DNA from: Candidatus Aphodosoma sp.
GTDB lineage: Bacteria > Bacteroidota > Bacteroidia > Bacteroidales > Paludibacteraceae
Length of the DNA: 64,000 nt
Assembly (NCBI GenBank): GCA_051870785.1
Contig: JBJECF010000058.1
Location: 37,601 to 101,600 of the forward strand
Reading direction: 5' to 3'
Both the position numbers and the translations under genes were made by a program. This document shows, one piece after another, positions 1 to 8,438 of the stretch (its first letter is position 1; every line of letters begins with the position of its first letter). The notes beneath the pieces are model-generated. The model was given only the letters and a program-made list of their open reading frames with translations, ran no database searches and had not been told where the DNA came from.

Positions 1-694
1 TATCATCTTTAACATTCACAATAAAAGTAGAAGTACTATCGCCTTCGTTATCCAAATCCCAAATCAAGCTAATATCCGTTTGAGTAGCAGAATAAGCCAT
101 TACGTTAATTGGACGAGCACAAGACGGCACATCATAGATTTTTACATCGTCGATGTACATTGAGCAATAATAAGAAGGAGAAGCACCCCAGTTACTTGTA
201 GCTTTGAACACCACATTGATTGTTTGACCGATAAAAGCATTTAAAGAATAAACTTTTCTAGTCCACTCAGTAACTCCGACGATGTTCGATTCCAACAAGT
301 TATTAGTGTATGTAGCACCTCCATCAGTAGAAACGTACACGCTGAAATCTCCACCTTGATAATTCATACACCAGAACGACAAATTAACGTCTGATGCAGA
401 AGAAGGTATAGTAACACTTGCCGTTTTCAGAGCACTATAAGTATTCGACGCATTGTAATAAGAATCGAAAACCATACAGTTCGAACCGGAATACGGAATT
501 ACCCCATAAGTACCGGAGTACAATCCCCATGGACTGCTATTCCAAGTACCTTCGGAAACATCCCATCCGGTAGGCACACCTGTTACACCTTCAAAGCCCT
601 CTTCCAGATAAACTGAATTCTGGGCATTAGTATATTGCCACGGAATAATTAGGAACAATACACCCAACAAAAAGAATGTAAATCTTTTTTTCAT
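1..694 (-). CDS. Partial giant cell-surface protein (N-terminal 231 codons; gene continues past the window start), paralog of the 31590..37187 ORF
   Basis: Absent from the ORF track because there is no stop in the window. ATG at 694..692. Translation starts MKKRFTFFLLGVLFLIIPWQYTNAQNSVYLEEGFEGVTGVPTGWD (signal peptide plus beta-sandwich module). TEWTRKVYSLNAFIGQTINVVFKATSN aligns with TTWTEYVYSLNAFVNSTNARVVFKSISN of the 37187 ORF. DVPSCARPINVMAYSATQTDISLIWD then opens an FN3-like module. Confidence 0.65.
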   Translation of the reverse strand, partial: MKKRFTFFLLGVLFLIIPWQYTNAQNSVYLEEGFEGVTGVPTGWDVSEGTWNSSPWGLYSGTYGVIPYSGSNCMVFDSYYNASNTYSALKTASVTIPSSASDVNLSFWCMNYQGGDFSVYVSTDGGATYTNNLLESNIVGVTEWTRKVYSLNAFIGQTINVVFKATSNWGASPSYYCSMYIDDVKIYDVPSCARPINVMAYSATQTDISLIWDLDNEGDSTSTFIVNVKDD

Positions 695-777
695 AAGCGT
701 AAAATTAAATTAAACAATTTAAAAAATAATATCAACAAATAAATAAGTAGAAATATTAAATTTATACAAAAGAAGGC

Positions 778-785
778 CAAATTTA
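778..785 (-). promoter_or_regulatory. Bacteroidota -7 promoter motif (TAnnTTTG on minus strand) upstream of the partial surface-protein gene
   Basis: Plus strand reads CAAATTTA, i.e. TAAATTTG on the minus strand, about 85 nt upstream of the ATG at 694. Confidence 0.35.
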
Positions 786-1046
786 TCGCCTCAAAAAATA
801 ATGGCCTTAAATATTAAATCTTAAGCAATCACCCACTAAAATAGAAAAATCTCAATAGAAGATGGTGAAATAATCGTGATTAATATTTCCAGTGGGCAAA
901 GTTAGTAATATTTTTTTATTTAGCACCTAATTTTAAAAAAAAAAAAATAGTTAATTAAACTTTAACAATCCTCTGAAAATAAATTTGTAAAATTTAACAA
1001 AAATGTCATGTTATAAGAGAACTGAATAATGTAAGAAAAAAATAGT

Positions 1047-1054
1047 ATCTTTGT
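1047..1054 (+). promoter_or_regulatory. Bacteroidota -7 promoter motif TAnnTTTG
   Basis: TATCTTTG about 55 nt upstream of the ATG at 1109. Confidence 0.4.
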
Positions 1055-1108
1055 ATTGAGAAGAAGCATAATAACGAATAGCATGCTTATACTAATAACA
1101 TATTGATA

Positions 1109-2125
1109 ATGAAAGAGTTAAAAATAATAAACTATATGACTAACTTATATTTCATCATATCTGCCATAATCATAATAGGAGGATTATTGGCATTACTTCC
1201 GCATATAATTTGGATAATATTAAAAGTAATAGGATTAATAGCCCACTATAATATTACATATAAACCATTTGGATACACGGCTATTATATTGGTTTTTGCA
1301 TGGATAATTCTGGTAATATACGGCAATACAATTGGCAGATTTCGATATGAAATAAAAAAACAAGAGATAAAATTGGCGAACTTACCGGCCGGATTCGATG
1401 GCTACCGTATAGTTCATATTTCAGATTTACACCTAAACGGTTGGGGAGGTCATGAAAAGAAATTAAATAAAATTGTAAAAGAAATTAACGCATTAGACCC
1501 GGATATAATATGTTTTACCGGAGACCTTGTATCTACTTCGGCAGAAGAAATAAAACCATTTAAAACGATATTAAGTAGTTTGCATGCAAAAGACGGAATA
1601 TATAGTGTTATGGGAAATCACGATTACATACCATATAATCACAAATTAAGCGAAAATGAAAGATGGTGGGCGGTAGAGCAGGTAATAAAATACGAGCGAG
1701 AAGAATTAGGTTGGAACCTACTGATAAATGAGAACAAAATAATCCATAAAGGGAATGACAGTATAGCCATATTAGGCACGGAAAATCAAAGCGTAGGAGT
1801 ACTGAATGTGGTACAAAGAGCTGATTTGCTGAAAACTACACAAGGCACGGAAGGAATGTTTAAAATTTTACTCACTCACGACCCGAGTTATTGGAAAAAT
1901 GATATAGTAAATCAAACCGATATACCATTAACATTAAGCGGACATACTCATGCAATGCAAGTAAGATTTTTTGGTATCACACCGGCAAAACTCTTTTATC
2001 CGGAATGCGACGGACTATACATTGAAGGTAATCAACAATTATATGTCAATATAGGCTTGGGAGGCACATTACCACTGCGCATTGGAGCTACTCCGGAAAT
2101 TACTGAAATCATAATTCATAACTAA
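1109..2125 (+). CDS. Membrane-anchored metallophosphoesterase (calcineurin-like phosphoesterase family)
   Basis: N-terminal TM helices followed by the motifs HISDLH, GDLV, GNHDY and GHTH in canonical order. The ORF track starts at TTG 1103; ATG at 1109 is the more likely start. Confidence 0.85.
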   Translation: MKELKIINYMTNLYFIISAIIIIGGLLALLPHIIWIILKVIGLIAHYNITYKPFGYTAIILVFAWIILVIYGNTIGRFRYEIKKQEIKLANLPAGFDGYRIVHISDLHLNGWGGHEKKLNKIVKEINALDPDIICFTGDLVSTSAEEIKPFKTILSSLHAKDGIYSVMGNHDYIPYNHKLSENERWWAVEQVIKYEREELGWNLLINENKIIHKGNDSIAILGTENQSVGVLNVVQRADLLKTTQGTEGMFKILLTHDPSYWKNDIVNQTDIPLTLSGHTHAMQVRFFGITPAKLFYPECDGLYIEGNQQLYVNIGLGGTLPLRIGATPEITEIIIHN

Positions 2126-2169
2126 AATAAAATTAAAAATAATATTATTAAATTTTTCCCTCTAAATTA

Positions 2170-2201
2170 TTTGCATCATTAAAAAATTATACATAACTTT
2201 G
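2170..2201 (+). promoter_or_regulatory. Bacteroidota promoter (-33 TTTG and -7 TAnnTTTG)
   Basis: TTTG at 2170..2173 and TAACTTTG at 2194..2201 with a 20-nt spacer, about 50 nt upstream of the ATG at 2252. Confidence 0.5.
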
Positions 2202-2251
2202 CAACGAACAATTAAATACAATATTAATTACTAACTAATAAATACACGCTT

Positions 2252-4327
2252 ATGAAAATATTAATAACTTTAATATGTTGTTTATCGACAACTTGCATTG
2301 CTATTTCACAGCAATCATTATCATCAAAAATTGGCGACATTTATAACCAGGAAATTAATTTCTATGATACAATTAATCAATCATTAATTGTACATTCTTA
2401 CGAAACCTATTACGAAATTCAACATTCTATTGATACATCCAAAATAATATTAGAAAATGTTGTTCTAAATTATCAACATTTTACTAACGTTAGCATACGT
2501 GATGATAATAATTATTCTACTATTTCCAATGTTGGATTTCCTCAATTACCATTTAAAAATATCTCGTTATTAGTACCGAGTGATATGTATAAAACTACGG
2601 TATCAATTGAAGATTTTGAAGTAGAATATACAGATTATGTAATAAATAATAATTATTTGCCTTATCAAGATTGGTATGAAAATACAAATAGTACATTTGC
2701 TTTTAATACAGAATACTATACACAGCAAAACTCACTTAATAATTATTACGAGATAAAAACTAAAAATAAAATCAGAAATGCAACAATATTAAATCTTAAC
2801 ATATTCCCTATACAATATAATCCATCTGAACATGTAATTCGTATAGCATCATCAATATCATTCAAAATTAAATTAAAAAATAAAAGATTATCAGACATAT
2901 CATTATTTGAATTAATAGATGCAAAAAAAGTGGTTGATGTAAACTTTTGGAATGACAGAATAGTATTACCATATGATCCAACATACAAAGAAAAAATGCT
3001 AATTGTGTATAGTAAAGATGAATTTAGACAACCACTATTAGAATTTGCGGATTATAAGATGAATAAAAATCTTAACGTCGAAGTTCGTTCTATATATGAA
3101 ATTCAGAGTCTTATCGCAGACCCATCTATAACTAATACAACATTACGTGACTATTTGATGATGAGATTGCACTCTAATAGCTACAATAATACACCACACT
3201 ATTTATTGATAGTAGATGATTATTCTATAATACCTCCATCATATACCTTCGTTGGTCAGGGAGAAAATTATTATACTGATATATACTATTCGTGTTTAGA
3301 GGACAATAATGTTAGACAAGAAGATAATTTTTATCCTGAAATATTAGTTGGTAGATGGCCGGTTGATAATGTCATTGAATTACAAGAATGTATAAAGAAA
3401 ACCATAGCATTTGAAAATAATGTTCCAAATAATCAAGACCTTTTAAAAACAATGTTGTTATCAGGTACAAGCAATGAAACATCATATAATTCTGATAAAT
3501 TTAACATGATAAAATCAATAAGTAGCAGAATGAATTATAATAATTTTTTAAATATTAATATTTATGACGGAAGAAACTACATAAATGATAGCATAAAAAT
3601 TAGAAATGAACTAAAACAGCACATGCTAACAGACTTGTGGTTATTTGTTTATGCCGGACATGGAGGGAAAAAAATTATTGGGGACCCTATTCTTCTAAGA
3701 TCTGACAATATTAAAAATTACTATTATTCAATTATTCCTCCAGTAGCAATGTCATTTGCTTGCAATACACATAATCTTATTATCAATAGTGATAACAAAA
3801 ATAAATATTGCTATGGTAGAACTTGGCTCACTACTCCAAATGCTGGTGGAGTATTACATTATGGTGCAGCTTCAAGAACATATTCGAATTTTAATAAAGA
3901 ACTTGCTCTTTTAATATTTGACAAAATATCACCTGATATATACAAAAATATAAGTAAATCAATTCAAATTGGTTTAGGAAATTTCTATTCTAAAACAATA
4001 GGTAATAATGATGACAGATTACGTCAAGTTGAAAAATATTCTATTTTTGGAGACCCTTCATTACTATTATATGGTGGAAATAACCCTACATATTATACAC
4101 CAACTAATAATCAAATTTCGGAAGAAAATAAGTATGAAGGAATCTCTTCAATTAATGATATTAAAGATGTAAACAAAATAATTATCAGAGATTTACAAGG
4201 AAAAATATTATTCGAATACAATACAATCCTAAATTTCACTACAGATAATTTACCTGAAGGTATATACATAGTAACTATGTTCAATAAAACTCAATTTTAT
4301 TCATATAAAATAATTGTTAAACATTAA
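2252..4327 (+). CDS. Peptidase C25 (gingipain-family cysteine peptidase)-like protein with T9SS C-terminal sorting domain
   Basis: Signal peptide MKILITLICCLSTTCIAISQ. Putative His/Cys dyad VYAGHGG ... MSFACNT with about 33-residue spacing, as in gingipains. C-terminus ...LPEGIYIVTMFNKTQFYSYKIIVKH is typical of T9SS type-A sorting domains. Confidence 0.7.
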   Translation: MKILITLICCLSTTCIAISQQSLSSKIGDIYNQEINFYDTINQSLIVHSYETYYEIQHSIDTSKIILENVVLNYQHFTNVSIRDDNNYSTISNVGFPQLPFKNISLLVPSDMYKTTVSIEDFEVEYTDYVINNNYLPYQDWYENTNSTFAFNTEYYTQQNSLNNYYEIKTKNKIRNATILNLNIFPIQYNPSEHVIRIASSISFKIKLKNKRLSDISLFELIDAKKVVDVNFWNDRIVLPYDPTYKEKMLIVYSKDEFRQPLLEFADYKMNKNLNVEVRSIYEIQSLIADPSITNTTLRDYLMMRLHSNSYNNTPHYLLIVDDYSIIPPSYTFVGQGENYYTDIYYSCLEDNNVRQEDNFYPEILVGRWPVDNVIELQECIKKTIAFENNVPNNQDLLKTMLLSGTSNETSYNSDKFNMIKSISSRMNYNNFLNINIYDGRNYINDSIKIRNELKQHMLTDLWLFVYAGHGGKKIIGDPILLRSDNIKNYYYSIIPPVAMSFACNTHNLIINSDNKNKYCYGRTWLTTPNAGGVLHYGAASRTYSNFNKELALLIFDKISPDIYKNISKSIQIGLGNFYSKTIGNNDDRLRQVEKYSIFGDPSLLLYGGNNPTYYTPTNNQISEENKYEGISSINDIKDVNKIIIRDLQGKILFEYNTILNFTTDNLPEGIYIVTMFNKTQFYSYKIIVKH

Positions 4328-4340
4328 AAATTTTACCCTT

Positions 4341-5054
4341 ATGAAAACACGAATTTTTTTAATAGGTTTTATCCTTACAATATTTTTAACCGGTTGCCCG
4401 ACAGAAAATCCTCCGGTAAATTCAGATAACAATAATCAAAATACACCTAACAATAATGATAGTACAGGCCTTGACGAATTAGGAAAAGATAGTTTGTGCT
4501 ATGCAATGGAAGATAGTATCCGTAAATCTGATAGCATTTTCAACTATATTCCTATTTCATATCTGGATTCTCTATTGGGAGATACAATAGACAAGGAACT
4601 AAAATATTACTCCGGCACAGATACTATTACTCTATATTACAAAGCGGATATAGCTCCAGGTTGGCTAGATAAAACATACTACTACACACGACAAATAGAT
4701 GTAACAAAAATAATTTTAGAGGATACTTCGTCATATTACGCATATTGTAGAGATATATTGATGGGTGGCTATAGTTTAGAAAATGAATATTTTCATATTG
4801 AATACTATCTATATTTTGAAGCGTATATTTATCAACCGGAGAAAAGTATATGGTATAATTGGGCGGCATTGGTAAACAACAAAGATTACGAAATTTTTAT
4901 AATGCAAGATAATATTGACAATATACAAGAAACTGTTTGCCCACGGCAAAGAGATTTTTACATAGATGGGGAATTCTTAATGCAGTACATTGTCGGTAAA
5001 GGGATATATAAATTTGTAGACGAAACTGGCAAAATATGGACATTAGTGGAATAA
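4341..5054 (+). CDS. Hypothetical lipoprotein (paralog family with 5137..5834)
   Basis: MKTRIFLIGFILTIFLTGC lipobox, then an Asn/Asp-rich linker. Shares DSIFNYIPISYL...KYYSG and the C-terminal GKGIYKFVDETGKIWTLVE with the convergent neighbour. Confidence 0.6.
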   Translation: MKTRIFLIGFILTIFLTGCPTENPPVNSDNNNQNTPNNNDSTGLDELGKDSLCYAMEDSIRKSDSIFNYIPISYLDSLLGDTIDKELKYYSGTDTITLYYKADIAPGWLDKTYYYTRQIDVTKIILEDTSSYYAYCRDILMGGYSLENEYFHIEYYLYFEAYIYQPEKSIWYNWAALVNNKDYEIFIMQDNIDNIQETVCPRQRDFYIDGEFLMQYIVGKGIYKFVDETGKIWTLVE

Positions 5055-5088
5055 AAAAAGGAGGCTGATCTTTCAGCCTCCTTTTTTA
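5053..5088. terminator. Bidirectional rho-independent terminator between convergent lipoprotein genes
   Basis: Stem GGAGGCTGA (5060..5068) pairs with TCAGCCTCC (5073..5081) around a 4-nt loop. An A-run lies 5' and a T-run 3'. Confidence 0.75.
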
Positions 5089-5136
5089 TTGAATTATAGA
5101 AATTTCATCAGAAATAGCAGTAATGTAAATCATATT

Positions 5137-5834
5137 TTATTCTTTATAATCTATGAACCGCCAATAATTACCACGATTATCAATAAATTTAACAATACCC
5201 TTTCCGTTGACTATTTCAGCATATAATACAGCTTTTTTATAAAGCTGAATTTTTGAACTAAAACAACAATATAGTACGGTTTCTTTAGTTGAACAAACAC
5301 AATTTTGAGTAGCTCCGGATATTTGAGTAGGAGTATAATACCCGAAATAATAACCTGAATAAATACTAGTATCAATAATTGATACAGAAGTCAAAATATC
5401 AAAATAGAATGAAAAAGAAACAGTATCAGACTCCAACCTACAAGCATATATTAGATGTTCGAATTTATCTTTATCACCAAACTCATTTTCGTCATCTTCC
5501 GAACTATTCTTTTCTGTATTATTCTCTTTTGAAATAATATCAGACCAAGGAGTAAATTCTTGAGATAAAGACTTATCAGTCACAGTAAAACAAAGAGTAT
5601 CATCAACTCCATTTATATTACTGTAATAGTAGAGTTTAGCACCTATTTCAAATGGAAAATAATTCCTTAAATAAGCTTCTGACACATAATTAAAAAGACT
5701 ATCAATAATAGTATCCGATGTATTTTATTGTATCATTTACCAGTGGTTTAGGAGGATTAGGTATGTGGTGGACAACCAATAAATAATGTTAATACAAATA
5801 CCAATACACTTATAAATACAAAAAATTTTTTCAT
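5137..5834 (-). pseudogene. Frameshifted lipoprotein gene, paralog of 4341..5054
   Basis: ATG at 5834 encodes MKKFFVFISVLVFVLTLFIGCPPHT then a stop (5759..5757). A second frame continues PNPPKPLVNDTIKYIGYYY then a stop. A third frame (the 5137..5685 ORF) continues DTIIDSLFNYVSEAYLRNYF... and ends GKGIVKFIDNRGNYWRFIDYKE. So the signal peptide and the body lie in different frames, and two shifts are needed to join them. Confidence 0.55.
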
Positions 5835-5837
5835 AAG

Positions 5838-6575
5838 ATTCTCCTTTATTTATTAAGCAATGGCGGAATATCTGTACAAAGTGGCAAACAGGTTTGTGTA
5901 GATAAAGGAGAATGGGATAAAGGAGGGACACCCGATACTATTTATCAATTCAATCGCCAATGGTTATCTCTTTGTCGTAATAAACTAAAGGATAATGGAA
6001 CTATATGGATTTCCGGCACACACCATAATATTTTCGTTGTACAAAGATGCCTACAAGAATTAGGATATAAAATACTCAATGTTATAACATGGCAAAAAAC
6101 AGATCCGCCCCCAAACCTTTCTTGCCGATATTTTAATTTTTCAACAGAATTGATTATTTGGGCGCGCAAACACGAAAAAAAAACTCATAAATTTAATTAT
6201 GAAACTATGAAACAACTTAATGGAGGCACTCAGATGACCGATGTATGGCGGATACCGGCTGTTGGTGTATGGGAAAAAACTTGTGGAAAACATCCTACGC
6301 AAAAAACGCTTCGTCTGCTATATAGAATTATTTTAGCTTCAACAAATGAAGGAGATGTAATTCTTGATCCTTTTGCCGGAAGTAGCACAACAGGTATTGC
6401 AGCCAATTTACTTGGAAGAAAATTCATAGGAATTGAGCAAGACGAAAATTTCATACAGTTAAGCAAACGTCGTCGTTTATTATTAGATGACCCTACAGAA
6501 GCAAATAAGTTACTTAAAAAAATGTGCGAAACAACAGAAGAAACTACAGTACTTATTAATCATATTCATCCATAA
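5838..6575 (+). pseudogene. 5'-truncated beta-class (N6-adenine/N4-cytosine) DNA methyltransferase remnant
   Basis: The frame is open from 5793 but has no ATG before the track's TTG at 6150. It reads ...ILLYLLSNGGISVQSGKQVCVDKGEWDKGG...NGTIWISGTHHNIF...ITWQKTDPPPNLSCRYFNFSTELIIWARK...HPTQKT...DVILDPFAGSSTTGIAANLLGRKFIGIEQD. SAM-binding motif I (DPFAGSSTT) is present. The place where catalytic motif IV (DPPY) is expected reads ILLY, and everything upstream of it is replaced by the lipoprotein gene start. Confidence 0.7.
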
Positions 6576-6602
6576 GATTATAACTTAACGTTAAAACATG
6601 GA

Positions 6603-6920
6603 TTGTGTTATTTGCGCGCAGGAGATAGTAAAGGGTCTTTACTTGTACAGAAAGGATTTGAAAAATTAGGGTACGTTTTACTGCATAACAATGGAGAAAA
6701 TCCTCAACTCTTTAAACTAACAAAAAAAGGCTTTCAAATCTGGACAGCAAAAGCTCTGCAAGATTTAGGATTTAGCGCAGAGAATGCACCTTATTATGCT
6801 GTATTACGTTTTGATTCAAGCATTGCTATACCATGCGACCAAACCATACAAATCAAAAAACGTCAATTTACCAATGTAGCAAAAATTTGCAGATTAAGTG
6901 AGTTAATCAGTATTAAATAA
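6603..6920 (+). CDS. Hypothetical protein, possibly a remnant of the restriction partner of the methyltransferase
   Basis: ORF only, with no motif I recognise. It lies in the same frame as the methyltransferase remnant, separated by a single TAA (6573..6575). A competing ATG at 6598 opens only a 23-codon frame. Confidence 0.25.
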   Translation: MCYLRAGDSKGSLLVQKGFEKLGYVLLHNNGENPQLFKLTKKGFQIWTAKALQDLGFSAENAPYYAVLRFDSSIAIPCDQTIQIKKRQFTNVAKICRLSELISIK

Positions 6921-6924
6921 TGAT

Positions 6925-6962
6925 ATTGCTGTCCGGCAACAATATTTTTACCGGACAGCAAT
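6925..6962. terminator. Hairpin between convergent genes (likely bidirectional terminator)
   Basis: 12-bp stem ATTGCTGTCCGG / CCGGACAGCAAT with a 14-nt loop, AT-rich flanks. Confidence 0.5.
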
Positions 6963-6972
6963 AAATATTATT

Positions 6973-8367
6973 CTAACTAATTGAAAGTATATCAGGCACA
7001 AAGGATTGTTGTATTTCTTGGGCAAGGTATGTAGCTATTTCCACTTCGCTGAAACCTATTTGATTGCCAAAGGAATAAACCATATCAAGTTCTTCATCTT
7101 CAATAACACTATCCGACATAACTATACTGATTACATATTTGATAAGTGCTTCTCTATATCCGGGATTAATCTCTAATATTTTACTTAATGATTCATTGAA
7201 TAATTTCGGAACATCTTGTTTTGAAACAGCGGTAAGGTAATCGAGAGGGAATATAATAAAGCTTGATAATTTGGTTATAATCTCCTCGAGTTCTTCCTCC
7301 TTGAAATCATTATCACCATGAGAAAAAATGAGCCCTGCAGTAGCGATAAATTGCGCTAAATATGTATCTAACTCTCCGTCTCCTATTTTTAATAAAATAG
7401 AAATAAGTTCATCTATTCCTTCATTCAATTGCTTTGCTGACGTTGCATTAGCAAACAAATTCAAGGCTTGTACTCGTATAGGATTTACCGGGTGTGTAGC
7501 ATCACTAATGCCTTTATCTTTAAGGAAATACTCCAGTCGCTTTGTATTATCTTCTATTAAAGCATCGATGCTGACATTCATTTTAACGAGGTCGAGTCCG
7601 GAAGCCATCTTAAAAAACGACGTTACACACACATCCAAATTTTCCACAGCCATATAGCCATAACGGTCGGCAACGAGTTCGGCAAGCTGACTATGAAGGC
7701 GTATTTTATAGCCTAAAGTTAACGGGATGAGCTCTGTTTGCGGAAACACAAACATTATAAGGCGTTGGAGTGCAGTGTCCTTATTAATTAAATGGCCCAA
7801 TTCATGACCTATTACAAAGCGTAATTCATCGGTATTCATAAGGTCGAACAGGGCGGAATTGATATTCACTATATGGGGTTCATCCTCTCCCTCTGCCGCT
7901 ACAGAAAAGGCATTGACAGTGGCATCTCCGGTAATATAGAAGTCGACCTTATCGGTAAATCCTAATTTGTCTTGCACCTCATGACAAAGGCTGTAAAAGT
8001 CCGGCAACATTTCTTTTGTTACTTTGAGGCTGTGACCTTCCATACTGCTACGCCAATAGGCATCGCTATTAGATTTAGAGAGCTTGGAAAAGATTTTGCT
8101 TACCACATCGCCTTGAAGGGCTTGATAAATCTGCTCGGAAAGTTTCTTCTCCATTGCTATTTCCGGCAGAAAAGGTTTATGTTTTCTACCTTTATGCTTT
8201 TTAATATTTGTCGATTCTGTCGAATTATTTGTTTTGTTGTCTTCTAGAGATTTATCCGGATTATCAATTGAAGCAGACTCAACTTGATTAACTTCTTCTG
8301 AGTTGAGTTTATCTACAGTATTTTCTGCGTCAGAGTCAGTATTTTTTTTCCTAAAGATGTTCAACAT
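6973..8367 (-). CDS. M48-family zinc metallopeptidase with C-terminal TerB-like repeats
   Basis: HExxH in FVIGHELGHLINKD. The N-terminus is low-complexity and acidic/Asn-rich. The C-terminal segments DFKEEELEEIITKL and SIVMSDSVIEDEELDMVYSFGNQIGFSEVEIATYL resemble TerB/DjlA-type helical modules. Confidence 0.75.
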   Translation of the reverse strand: MLNIFRKKNTDSDAENTVDKLNSEEVNQVESASIDNPDKSLEDNKTNNSTESTNIKKHKGRKHKPFLPEIAMEKKLSEQIYQALQGDVVSKIFSKLSKSNSDAYWRSSMEGHSLKVTKEMLPDFYSLCHEVQDKLGFTDKVDFYITGDATVNAFSVAAEGEDEPHIVNINSALFDLMNTDELRFVIGHELGHLINKDTALQRLIMFVFPQTELIPLTLGYKIRLHSQLAELVADRYGYMAVENLDVCVTSFFKMASGLDLVKMNVSIDALIEDNTKRLEYFLKDKGISDATHPVNPIRVQALNLFANATSAKQLNEGIDELISILLKIGDGELDTYLAQFIATAGLIFSHGDNDFKEEELEEIITKLSSFIIFPLDYLTAVSKQDVPKLFNESLSKILEINPGYREALIKYVISIVMSDSVIEDEELDMVYSFGNQIGFSEVEIATYLAQEIQQSFVPDILSIS

Positions 8368-8411
8368 AAGCGTATAGATTAATAGTTAATAAGAATATAT
8401 ATTCACAAATG

Positions 8412-8419
8412 CAAATATA
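8412..8419 (-). promoter_or_regulatory. Bacteroidota -7 promoter motif for the M48 gene
   Basis: Plus strand CAAATATA, i.e. TATATTTG on the minus strand, 45 nt upstream of the ATG at 8367. Confidence 0.4.
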
Positions 8420-8438
8420 CAAATAATTTCATAAAAAA

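Noticed and set aside
935-947. A13 homopolymer in the spacer between the partial surface-protein gene and the metallophosphoesterase gene
   Set aside because: It could be slippage-prone, but it lies outside both promoter spacers I could identify (778..785 and 1047..1054) and outside any ORF. I treat it as AT-rich low complexity.
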